From NCBI GenBank assembly GCA_026387835.1, contig JAPLKZ010000013.1, positions 30,001-62,000 of the forward strand: 32,000 nucleotides of DNA. The letters are read 5' to 3'. This DNA is from Candidatus Saganbacteria bacterium. Its GTDB lineage: Bacteria > Margulisbacteria > WOR-1 > JAKLHX01. Positions 15,289 through 22,700 of this stretch are shown in pieces. The notes beneath the pieces are model-generated. The model did no database searches and was not told the origin of the DNA. It was given only the letters and a program-made list of their open reading frames with translations. A program made the translations under genes and the position numbers. Positions within the stretch are counted from its first letter, which is position 1; each line of letters starts with the position of its first letter.

Positions 15289-16800
15289 ATGGAACTTGAT
15301 GTAGAGAGACCGGAGACCTGGCCTAACCTGAAAAAGTTCTCGCGGTTCGAGAGAAAGACCTGGATCATTTCAAAGATGCCGCTGATACTTCGCACGATCG
15401 AAAGATACATTTCCGCTTCCGTCGATTACAGGGACAACTCCCCGTGGGATACTATCGGCTTCATCTGCCTTGACGACGGGCTTTACAAAGAAGCCGAGCA
15501 TATCTATGACGATATGATAAAAAGGTCCCATCACAGGGAGACTGTCCTGAACCATCTTCTTTATTGCCGCGGGATATCCAAATTCCTGCAGGGAAAGTTC
15601 AAGAACGCGCTAGAGGATTTCAAGCAGTCAAATCACATGGCGCACATTTACAAGCAGAAAGACCTTGGCGCTGCAAGGGCTTTGATGTATATGGAAGATA
15701 CTATTTTCCCGATGATAGACATGGTCTCAAGATCAAAGGAAAAACTGCGCAATGACCTCAACGTGGTGCCTTTTCTGGATAAAGCAGTCGGCGCAAATAT
15801 CCTGAAGACCCTCCATAAATGGAATTCCTGCTCGCCGTTGTTTTCAACGGGAGTGAGCCAGGGCGGCGGTTACCTTCTGACGCTCAAGAACCATCTCGGA
15901 GCCGTAAAGTCGATAGCCATAGACCCGGGATACGAGTTTTTGGAGATATTTAAAGACCTTGACCTGTCTATCGTGGACCTTGACGCGATAATCGCGACGC
16001 ATGACCACGACGACCATACCGAGTCGATAGAAGCGATCCTTTCCCTTCTGGCAAAGCACAATGACCATGTTCCGCAGAGCAGGGCGAAGACCCTTGATGT
16101 ATTCGGCTCTCCCGGGGTGATGCTCAAATATCAGGGACTTTTCAATGCGCTTGACCCCTGGGGTAACAGGGAGATAAATTTCAAACTGTTAGTTCCCGGG
16201 GCGACGATCGACCATGTCGGGACCGTATCGCTCAAGGAAAAATACGGGTGCACGGTCCATGTCAAGCAGGCTTTCCACGAGGAGCTCTGGACTCACGAGG
16301 AATCAGCGGTAGGCCTCGTGATCGAAACGAATATCGAGGATAAAGCAGGTCATCCGGTATGCGTGGGCGTGACGGGCGATTCGCGATATGAAAAAGGACT
16401 CGGAGAACAGTATAAAGGCTGCCAGGTGCTTTTGTTCAACATCGGCTCGCTTGAAAAAGAGGAAGGAAAACTTCTGGACCAGCATCTGGGCCTCATAGGT
16501 TCAATTAACGTTATTAAAGAAGCAAAACCAAAGGTCGCCGTCCTGACCGAGTTCGGTGAGGAGTTCAGCGGGAAACGCGCCACGGTCGCTTCGGTCATAG
16601 AGGAATGGGCAGCTCCGATGGAGGGAGTGATCGCAGAAGACGAATTTAAAGTGATCCCCGCAGACATGCATTTTGAGATAAGATTGACGGACCTGTACGT
16701 GAAAGAGACCTCGTCCCATGTATTCCTGCCGTACAAGATGATAGAAGTGGAAGAGTCAGGATCTGACAGTATCATGTACAATATGAAAGAAAAAAGATAG
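15289..16800 (+). CDS. TPR-like helical N-terminal region + metallo-beta-lactamase (MBL) fold hydrolase
   Basis: HxHxDH motif in IIATHDHDDHTESI, preceded by a GGGYLL...IAIDPG strand pattern. Later GVTGDSRY and LFNIGS are typical of downstream MBL metal-ligand strands. The N-terminal ~130 aa has helical repeats (LYKEAEHIYDDMI; GKFKNALEDFKQS). No signal peptide. Confidence 0.7.
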   Translation: MELDVERPETWPNLKKFSRFERKTWIISKMPLILRTIERYISASVDYRDNSPWDTIGFICLDDGLYKEAEHIYDDMIKRSHHRETVLNHLLYCRGISKFLQGKFKNALEDFKQSNHMAHIYKQKDLGAARALMYMEDTIFPMIDMVSRSKEKLRNDLNVVPFLDKAVGANILKTLHKWNSCSPLFSTGVSQGGGYLLTLKNHLGAVKSIAIDPGYEFLEIFKDLDLSIVDLDAIIATHDHDDHTESIEAILSLLAKHNDHVPQSRAKTLDVFGSPGVMLKYQGLFNALDPWGNREINFKLLVPGATIDHVGTVSLKEKYGCTVHVKQAFHEELWTHEESAVGLVIETNIEDKAGHPVCVGVTGDSRYEKGLGEQYKGCQVLLFNIGSLEKEEGKLLDQHLGLIGSINVIKEAKPKVAVLTEFGEEFSGKRATVASVIEEWAAPMEGVIAEDEFKVIPADMHFEIRLTDLYVKETSSHVFLPYKMIEVEESGSDSIMYNMKEKR

Positions 16801-16810
16801 CCGATACCGG

Positions 16811-18340
16811 TCAGTATTTGAACTTGAATTCGATCGCCTTTGTCCTATCTGTTACGTTATAGATATCGGTAACGCTGTCCTGCGTCAGTTTTTTAAGCTT
16901 GGACCTTTCTACCAACAGCTTTATCCCAAAGTTAGTAATGAAAATCTTTTCCGGAGAGCCGGTATTGACACAGTCATCTGCAATGTTCCTACGGATATTT
17001 ATAAGGTCCCCCCAATTATCTTTCACCGTCCGGTAGAAATTTGCGAACTTGTCTACCCCAACCGCGCACTGATGTGTATATTGCTGCATGCCAAGGATCT
17101 TTTTTGTGTCGGGGAAGAACTTGCCGCCGGTCCTTTTTGCCATCCTGCTGCTTATCAGGATGTCTTCTTCGCTTGGCGAAAGAGGCGCTATTGCCTTGAC
17201 GAATTTATTGGCGACGATCGCGTCTTTAGGCATCAAAGAAAGCTCTTTATCGTCAAGGGGTATGTCGAAATATAATTTATAATAAGCGCTTTCAATATCT
17301 TGTAACAGATCGTCTCTTGAGGGGTCTTTTGTAAAATCATAGTAAGCCTTATATTTCCAGAAGCCTTCGCTTGACGCTACGCACGAGTCGAAATCTTCGC
17401 CGGGCTGCACGAGAAGACCGACCGTCTCTTTTATGAACTTCAGCTCTTCCATCATAAGGTCGCCGCTGGTGTGGATCAGTTCGGGGAACATGGTCTTTTT
17501 ATCTTTAGAGATCATTAGCGCGTATTTTCCGAAAGTGTTGCTTCCCCATCCTGCTTCAATGATCTTTCCTGAATCATCCTTTTTGACCTTAAAATACTCG
17601 AAATTCCTGTCGTCGCTTTTTTTACTTAAGTCCTGCTCAACCGCTTCCGGTACCGGGATAAAAACACCTTTTGGATTTCTATACACATATTCACCGTCTT
17701 TAAAGATTATCAAAGAGCCCATGGGGATTTCCGTGGTGTCACGGTAAGTAGGGGAGTGGTAATCAATGACTTTCTTGAAGACATAGAAAGTTCCTGTTGT
17801 TGTAGGATATGCCTGATTATCGTCAAAATATGGCAGACCTTTTTCGTCCCTTCCCTGCATCGGATACATCTTATTTTCCGGGCCGGGCACAAAATACATT
17901 TTACCAAAAGGGGAACCTTTATATCTTATTAACAAAATTTCGGAACCCGGATATAACTCTACGGTGCAAGCATTCTTCTCGGACAGTTTCTTTGCTATAT
18001 CTTCAACGTCCGACTCGTATTGTATAAGTTCCACAAGATAGGGAGTCGAAGAAAAAATGCCGTTGTCGATCTTTTGCGGGTAAGGCTTTATCGTTATTCT
18101 GCTTCCGACTGGCAGCAATTTATAAAGCATCCAGCTGTTATACGGCGACAAATGCATGCAGCCATGGCTCTTGTAAAGATACCCGAGCATATTATTGAAA
18201 AGGATATGAAAATTATAATTATTCAGAGAGGCAGTGCAAGTAAAAATGTATTCATCGTCATCAGCGGTTACGACACGGCACAATATAAAGGAACTTACGA
18301 TCAGCAACAGGGATATTGTTGCGATCATTTTTTTCATCAT
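16811..18340 (-). CDS. Secreted protein, paralog B of a tandem pair; N-terminal SHGC motif resembling the YkuD L,D-transpeptidase active site
   Basis: Start set at ATGATG (18340) because AGGAG lies 9 nt upstream (minus strand: ATGAGGAGACCGATAATGATG). The longer track ORF to 18391 would overlap the upstream gene by 40 nt. Signal-like MMKKMIATISLLLIVSSFIL. KSHGCMHLSP...LLPVGSRITI (Cys codon at 18158-18160). Collinear similarity to the 18352-19719 product. Confidence 0.6.
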   Translation of the reverse strand: MMKKMIATISLLLIVSSFILCRVVTADDDEYIFTCTASLNNYNFHILFNNMLGYLYKSHGCMHLSPYNSWMLYKLLPVGSRITIKPYPQKIDNGIFSSTPYLVELIQYESDVEDIAKKLSEKNACTVELYPGSEILLIRYKGSPFGKMYFVPGPENKMYPMQGRDEKGLPYFDDNQAYPTTTGTFYVFKKVIDYHSPTYRDTTEIPMGSLIIFKDGEYVYRNPKGVFIPVPEAVEQDLSKKSDDRNFEYFKVKKDDSGKIIEAGWGSNTFGKYALMISKDKKTMFPELIHTSGDLMMEELKFIKETVGLLVQPGEDFDSCVASSEGFWKYKAYYDFTKDPSRDDLLQDIESAYYKLYFDIPLDDKELSLMPKDAIVANKFVKAIAPLSPSEEDILISSRMAKRTGGKFFPDTKKILGMQQYTHQCAVGVDKFANFYRTVKDNWGDLINIRRNIADDCVNTGSPEKIFITNFGIKLLVERSKLKKLTQDSVTDIYNVTDRTKAIEFKFKY

Positions 18341-18351
18341 TATCGGTCTCC

Positions 18352-19719
18352 TCATTTTATTGTCTTGAACTCCAGTCTTGAGTTTATCCATTTCTCTACG
18401 ATCTTTTTCCTTGACTTTTGAGGGACACCGTTCTTTTCAAAGTCGTTTATCAGCTTTTCCCTGAGACCGACCCAGAACCCCCAGTCAGCTTTCATCTTAC
18501 CGTACCACCCGGCGTTCTTTTCAATCACTTTGTTATAGATCCTGAGATAATTATACAGGCTCAGAGTATCGCGCCTCACTTTTTTGTCTTGCGGCAGATC
18601 TCGCGATTTGAAAGCAAGGTATGCTTTTTCAAGCCGCGGATCAAGGACCGCCCTGTCCTTGTTGGTCAGGGGCATATCGTGGAACAATCTGTAAAAAGCC
18701 GCTTCTTCGGGGATCATTTTATTTTCCCTGCCTGATGTTGAAATGAAGTCGTATGCATTCTTGTAAGAACTAAAGTCAAGATTATTTACAGCCAGCCCTT
18801 CGATATCTAAAGGCCCGTCCATCGTAAGTATATTTGCTATGCTGCCTACCAGCTTGTATTGTTCGAAAAGGAGCTCGCCCGAGCAATAGCCGATCTCGGG
18901 ATACCTTGCCCTGCCGTCCCTGGTCCAGTAGATCACATATTTCCCGAAATCATGCCCGGCCCATCTTAATGAGAGGATATTGCCGTAATTATCGCGGGAA
19001 ATGTCGTAATAATTATATCTCCAGCCGCTTTCCTGCTGTAAAAGGTCTTCCTGTATGAAACGCGGGGCCGGGATATAGCCCGGGAATCTTTTAACGGTCC
19101 AGATGCCGGAATTATATTTTATTTCCGTGCCGAACGCAAGTTTTGTGATCTCAGGATAGGTCGGACTGATATAATGGTCTGTTTTGCCGAGTATCTTGTA
19201 TCTGCCGGTGTCCGTCGGCGTCGCCGTCATGAAATCCCTGTCCAAAGGTTTGTTCTTTACGACGTCCTCAAGCATGGTGAAATCATACGGAGGCCCGGCT
19301 TGGACCGGGACTTTGACATACGGCCTGTTATCAAGGAAAATATATAATCTTGAAAATGAAGGAAATACCACTAAAGATGTCCTGCTGCTGCTGAACAGCG
19401 AAGCATAATAATCTATATCTTTTTCATCCATCACAACGTCGTCGAAAAATGCGATGCTTTTATCCTGGAACGGCAGGGCTTTATCGGAATAAGACCTTAT
19501 TATAAGAGGCGTCCCCTTTTTTACTGTCCTGTAAAGGAGATAGATATCTGACGGAGTGAAATGCAGGCATCCGTGGCTGTCGTAAAGAAAACCGAGGTAA
19601 TCGCGGAAATATGATGCGAAATTAGTCTTGTTCAGAAGGTCTTTGCTTCCATAGTCCGCGGCGGAACAAAATGTTATCAATATAGCGGTCATGATAGCCG
19701 CGCATATTAAACGTTTCAT
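18352..19719 (-). CDS. Secreted protein, paralog A of a tandem pair; N-terminal SHGC motif resembling the YkuD L,D-transpeptidase active site
   Basis: Signal peptide MKRLICAAIMTAILITFCSA. DSHGCLHFTP...VKKGTPLII (Cys codon at 19567-19569). Blocks shared with paralog B: TPTDTGRYKILGK.DHYISPTY vs YPTTTGTFYVFKK.DYHSPTY; WAGHDFGKYVIY vs WGSNTFGKYALM; YPEIGYCSGELLFEQYKLV vs FPELIHTSGDLMMEELKFI. Confidence 0.6.
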   Translation of the reverse strand: MKRLICAAIMTAILITFCSAADYGSKDLLNKTNFASYFRDYLGFLYDSHGCLHFTPSDIYLLYRTVKKGTPLIIRSYSDKALPFQDKSIAFFDDVVMDEKDIDYYASLFSSSRTSLVVFPSFSRLYIFLDNRPYVKVPVQAGPPYDFTMLEDVVKNKPLDRDFMTATPTDTGRYKILGKTDHYISPTYPEITKLAFGTEIKYNSGIWTVKRFPGYIPAPRFIQEDLLQQESGWRYNYYDISRDNYGNILSLRWAGHDFGKYVIYWTRDGRARYPEIGYCSGELLFEQYKLVGSIANILTMDGPLDIEGLAVNNLDFSSYKNAYDFISTSGRENKMIPEEAAFYRLFHDMPLTNKDRAVLDPRLEKAYLAFKSRDLPQDKKVRRDTLSLYNYLRIYNKVIEKNAGWYGKMKADWGFWVGLREKLINDFEKNGVPQKSRKKIVEKWINSRLEFKTIK

Positions 19720-19727
19720 TAATGGAT

Positions 19728-19736
19728 ATTATAACG
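19728..19736 (-). promoter_or_regulatory. -10-like box 8 nt upstream of the start codon (possible leaderless or short-leader promoter)
   Basis: The minus strand reads CGTTATAAT, then 8 nt (ATCCATTA), then ATG (19719-19717). No SD. Confidence 0.35.
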
Positions 19737-19765
19737 CAATAAGGCAAGGGGTGCGAATAATCAAC

Positions 19766-19837
19766 TAGCCCCACGGGGAATCGAACCCCGACCGTCAGCT
19801 TGAAAAGCTGATGTCCTAACCGTTAGACGATGGGGCC
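19766..19837 (-). tRNA. tRNA-Glu (anticodon TTC)
   Basis: The reverse complement folds as GGCCCCA-TC-GTCT-AACGGTTA-GGAC-A-TCAGC-TTTTCAA-GCTGA-CGGT-CGGGG-TTCGATT-CCCCG-TGGGGCT-A. The TCGTCTA...GGAC D arm is typical of bacterial tRNA-Glu. No encoded CCA. Confidence 0.9.
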
Positions 19838-19927
19838 ACATTTGTAATTTTATCAAAAAACCGTAAAACTTACCATACGATCAGAAATACTGAAACTTTA
19901 CGATTTTTTTATCGATTAATATTCAAG

Positions 19928-21412
19928 ATGGGACACGCATCTGTAAACTTCACAAACAGGGGATGTTCAAGGCAATGGACTGTTCAGGATGTCGGATTCC
20001 GACTCCCTGTACAGAACAGGCTGGTTTTACAGCGGCCGAATGATCGTATCGTGATCGCGGGGCTTGCTCCGAACGCGGGAAAAGCCCTGGCAGCGGAGGG
20101 ACTGAGGCCGGATGTTGCGATTGTGCCGTCAAGACAACATTTAAATGAAATGTTTTTCCCGTTATCGATTTCAAGCGCTCAGACCGGCGATCGGGTGAAA
20201 ATTATAGTCCCTGACAGCGATACAGCGGAAGCGGTCAGACAATATCTTGCGCAGGCATACAGGCCCTATGCCAAGGACGAGAACCCTTTTTCAGCTTTTA
20301 TTTTTGACAGGGCAAAACTTGATCACTGGGGTGTTGCGACATTATCCTCAGACGAACTTGCGCAGGAAATCCAATATTATAGCGGAAGATGCGAAAGAGA
20401 TGCCGGTAGGATGGCGGACATAATCATATTAAGACGGGGAGAAGCTTTTGATATGAGGGTCAGAGAGAATCCAGTCAGGGTTATGACTCCGGACGGAAAG
20501 ACATATATCTTCGACGAAGAACGGATATGTTCCGATGATTTTTCGCCGGTAGTCTTTGAAAGGGAAAATATCCCCACATTAGAAGAATGGGATCCGCGAT
20601 TTGGCGTGTTCATGCTGGGTGTAAATTCCGGAGGCTATCCAAAAGGTTTTTCAGTTTCAATGCTTGTGAGGTCCCGCGGCAGAAATGTCGTCATCGATTG
20701 CGGGCCTCAGGTTCCGGCCGTGCTGAAAGAAACGGGAATAAATCTGAACACAATATCCTGGGTGCTAACCCATGTCCATCCGGACCATGACAGCGGATTA
20801 TTTGACCTTCTCGCGGATCCAAATGTCAGAAGAATAGACCTATACACACATATATTCGCGGCAATATCACTGCTCAAAAAATGCAGGGCCATGGGTTTGT
20901 ATGAAAAAGCGGTCCAAAAGATCTCATTTATGGGAGGTGCAAACTTTAACGACGTCAACTTCATCGCTTCATCCCGGAATCTAACCCCGTGGCCGGGGGC
21001 TCTGAGCACTTTCCGTGAAAATATGATGTTCATGGGTTCAAACCATCTTAATATCAGAACAGAATGGACCCTGCACGGGATACCCACGATCATGCTGAAA
21101 ATTGATGACGGAAGGAACGCACTTCTTTATACAGGAGACGGCGCTTTTTCACAGGACAGGATAATCGAGATCACGGAGGCAGGAGCTCTGTCAGGACAAA
21201 GATTATCAAGGATGGCGACTTTTCTGCGTGATTTTAAGCATCAAAATACATTATTGGTCGAAGAGATCGGAAGAGGAATCAATCACAGCACGAAACCCAT
21301 GGATATGCTTGATGCGGTTCCATGGATGAGACGGTTCGTTCACTGGGCAAAGGCAGATGATCTTCCGCAGGAGCAAGTCGCGCAAACATTTGAAGTGGTT
21401 AATCTGGAATAG
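19928..21412 (+). CDS. MBL-fold metallo-hydrolase with an uncharacterised ~230-aa N-terminal extension
   Basis: RNVVIDCGP...ISWVLTHVHPDHDSGLFDLL (HxHxDH) and later LLYTGDG. No SD and no signal peptide. The start at 19928 is the first in-frame ATG and remains uncertain. Confidence 0.68.
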   Translation: MGHASVNFTNRGCSRQWTVQDVGFRLPVQNRLVLQRPNDRIVIAGLAPNAGKALAAEGLRPDVAIVPSRQHLNEMFFPLSISSAQTGDRVKIIVPDSDTAEAVRQYLAQAYRPYAKDENPFSAFIFDRAKLDHWGVATLSSDELAQEIQYYSGRCERDAGRMADIIILRRGEAFDMRVRENPVRVMTPDGKTYIFDEERICSDDFSPVVFERENIPTLEEWDPRFGVFMLGVNSGGYPKGFSVSMLVRSRGRNVVIDCGPQVPAVLKETGINLNTISWVLTHVHPDHDSGLFDLLADPNVRRIDLYTHIFAAISLLKKCRAMGLYEKAVQKISFMGGANFNDVNFIASSRNLTPWPGALSTFRENMMFMGSNHLNIRTEWTLHGIPTIMLKIDDGRNALLYTGDGAFSQDRIIEITEAGALSGQRLSRMATFLRDFKHQNTLLVEEIGRGINHSTKPMDMLDAVPWMRRFVHWAKADDLPQEQVAQTFEVVNLE

Positions 21413-21428
21413 AGCAATATCTATAATA

Positions 21429-21453
21429 AAAGGGCCGCAGGATGCGGCCCTTT
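21429..21453. terminator. Bidirectional rho-independent terminator between convergent genes
   Basis: Perfect 10-bp stem AAAGGGCCGC / GCGGCCCTTT with loop AGGAT. An A-run lies on one side and a T-run on the other. It sits between the stop at 21412 (+) and the stop at 21470 (-). Confidence 0.75.
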
Positions 21454-21469
21454 ATAATGAACAGGGATA

Positions 21470-22579
21470 TCAGAAGCCGATGTGCACGTCGACCATTGTC
21501 TTATTGTTCGTCGAATTATTATTATCGCTGACGAACGCGAGGTTGACAGTATCGGCAAGCACTCCGATACCATATGTCATCATGTTCACAGGGGCCGCGC
21601 TGTTACCTCCCGATATCGAACCGATCCTGAGCGCGACCAATTTCATCAGGATAGGATATTCAAGACCAATGTGCGTGACCGAATAACCGGACGAAACGCT
21701 GTCAAGGTCGACAGCAAGCTTCGCTCCGATGAGAGGTATCTCGGTGGCGGCGCCGATGACCAGGGTCGTCGGCACGGAAACATCAGCGAGAGGAGATGGC
21801 GTAAGATTCTGCATCGGACCGCTCTGACTTCCATCCGAGTTATTAAACGTTCCTTTTGTCTTTGCCTGAGTGCCTTTCAAATTGGCGAAAAGGTCCTTAT
21901 AAACGAGCGCGAAAGATATCGGCATAGTAGGGACGACATTTGTCTTTCCCTGCATTCCTATATCAAGGCCGAATCCCGAATAACTGTTGACGGTATTCGT
22001 TATGTCGGTCGTGGATACTCCCGCGGCAACACTGGCGTCGGCCGTAGCGTTATAAATATACTTCGCGTTGAAACCGATATTTATGTCACCAAGATATGGA
22101 ACGCCGACCCCATATCCCATCGTGAGCGCGCTGTCCGAATTAAGATTCGCGATTGCTCCGGCGCCGAACTCGTTCTTGTTCTTGTTAAGTTCGAGATAGG
22201 TCACAGGGATCACGCTGATGCCGGTCTTTGCAACATCAAAACCGACGATCGCGTTTACGCTGCCTTTCACGTTTATCTGCTGTGAAAAATTATCCGCTAA
22301 AAACTTAGCGGGGTTTGATATATTGCCCAATACATTCATGAGCTTATCGGATCCCTGCGAAGTGTATGCCGCGCCGAGCTTGAGTGCGACTGCCTGAGCT
22401 CTCGCCATGCCTGCAGGGTTGTAATAAGCGGCTGCGATGTCATCGACAATAGCGGACCCGGCTCCGCCCATCCCTGCGATCTTGGCGCTTGCCCCGTAAG
22501 GCAGTACACCCGACGGCATAGCAATTGCAGCCGAAGCTATCAGACAGACCGACAGACAAGCTAAAACGATTTTCTTCAT
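21470..22579 (-). CDS. Outer-membrane beta-barrel protein, FadL/PorV-like N-terminal motif
   Basis: Signal peptide MKKIVLACLSVCLIASAAIA. GASAKIAGMGGAGSAIVDDIAAAYYNPAGMA resembles the N-terminal plug motif of FadL/TodX-type barrels. Gly/Ser/Asn/Thr-rich alternating strands and a C-terminal HIGF. AGGAGG sits 6 nt before the ATG. Confidence 0.65.
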   Translation of the reverse strand: MKKIVLACLSVCLIASAAIAMPSGVLPYGASAKIAGMGGAGSAIVDDIAAAYYNPAGMARAQAVALKLGAAYTSQGSDKLMNVLGNISNPAKFLADNFSQQINVKGSVNAIVGFDVAKTGISVIPVTYLELNKNKNEFGAGAIANLNSDSALTMGYGVGVPYLGDINIGFNAKYIYNATADASVAAGVSTTDITNTVNSYSGFGLDIGMQGKTNVVPTMPISFALVYKDLFANLKGTQAKTKGTFNNSDGSQSGPMQNLTPSPLADVSVPTTLVIGAATEIPLIGAKLAVDLDSVSSGYSVTHIGLEYPILMKLVALRIGSISGGNSAAPVNMMTYGIGVLADTVNLAFVSDNNNSTNNKTMVDVHIGF

Positions 22580-22611
22580 ACCAGTCCTCCTTATAAAAAA
22601 ATATTAGATAA

Positions 22612-22641
22612 ATTGTACATATACGAGGGGGTGAATGTCAA
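22612..22641 (-). promoter_or_regulatory. Sigma-70-type promoter for the outer-membrane barrel gene
   Basis: On the minus strand: TTGACA (22641-22636), an 18-nt spacer, then TACAAT (22617-22612). The SD AGGAGG follows at 22591-22586. Confidence 0.5.
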
Positions 22642-22644
22642 GGA

Positions 22645-22696
22645 CGAAAAACTCACCCCCGTCCCCTCTCTTATCAAGAGAGGGGACGGGGGTGAG
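22645..22696 (-). terminator. Rho-independent terminator of rpoD
   Basis: Perfect 21-bp GC-rich inverted repeat, 22652-22672 / 22676-22696 (CTCACCCCCGTCCCCTCTCTT ... AAGAGAGGGGACGGGGGTGAG). On the minus strand it is followed by TTTTT. It starts 5 nt after the rpoD stop. Confidence 0.85.
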
Positions 22697-22700
22697 TTGA

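Noticed and set aside
18341-18391. A 40-nt overlap between the two SHGC paralogs, considered as a possible frameshift or fusion.
   Set aside because: The overlap disappears with the internal ATGATG start at 18340, which has an AGGAG site upstream and begins directly with the signal peptide. The extra 17 residues (MDKLKTGVQDNKMRRPI) look non-native.
15289-21412. A tRNA-Glu-associated genomic island.
   Set aside because: I found no integrase, transposase or plasmid/phage genes, and no second copy of the tRNA 3' end. The scan was by eye only, so an att-like repeat cannot be strictly excluded.
21482-22285. A 267-aa ORF on the + strand.
   Set aside because: It is fully antisense to the FadL-like barrel gene. 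Its product is Arg/Asp/His-rich and low-complexity, with no start-site signals. The minus-strand frame has an SD, a signal peptide and a barrel-like sequence.
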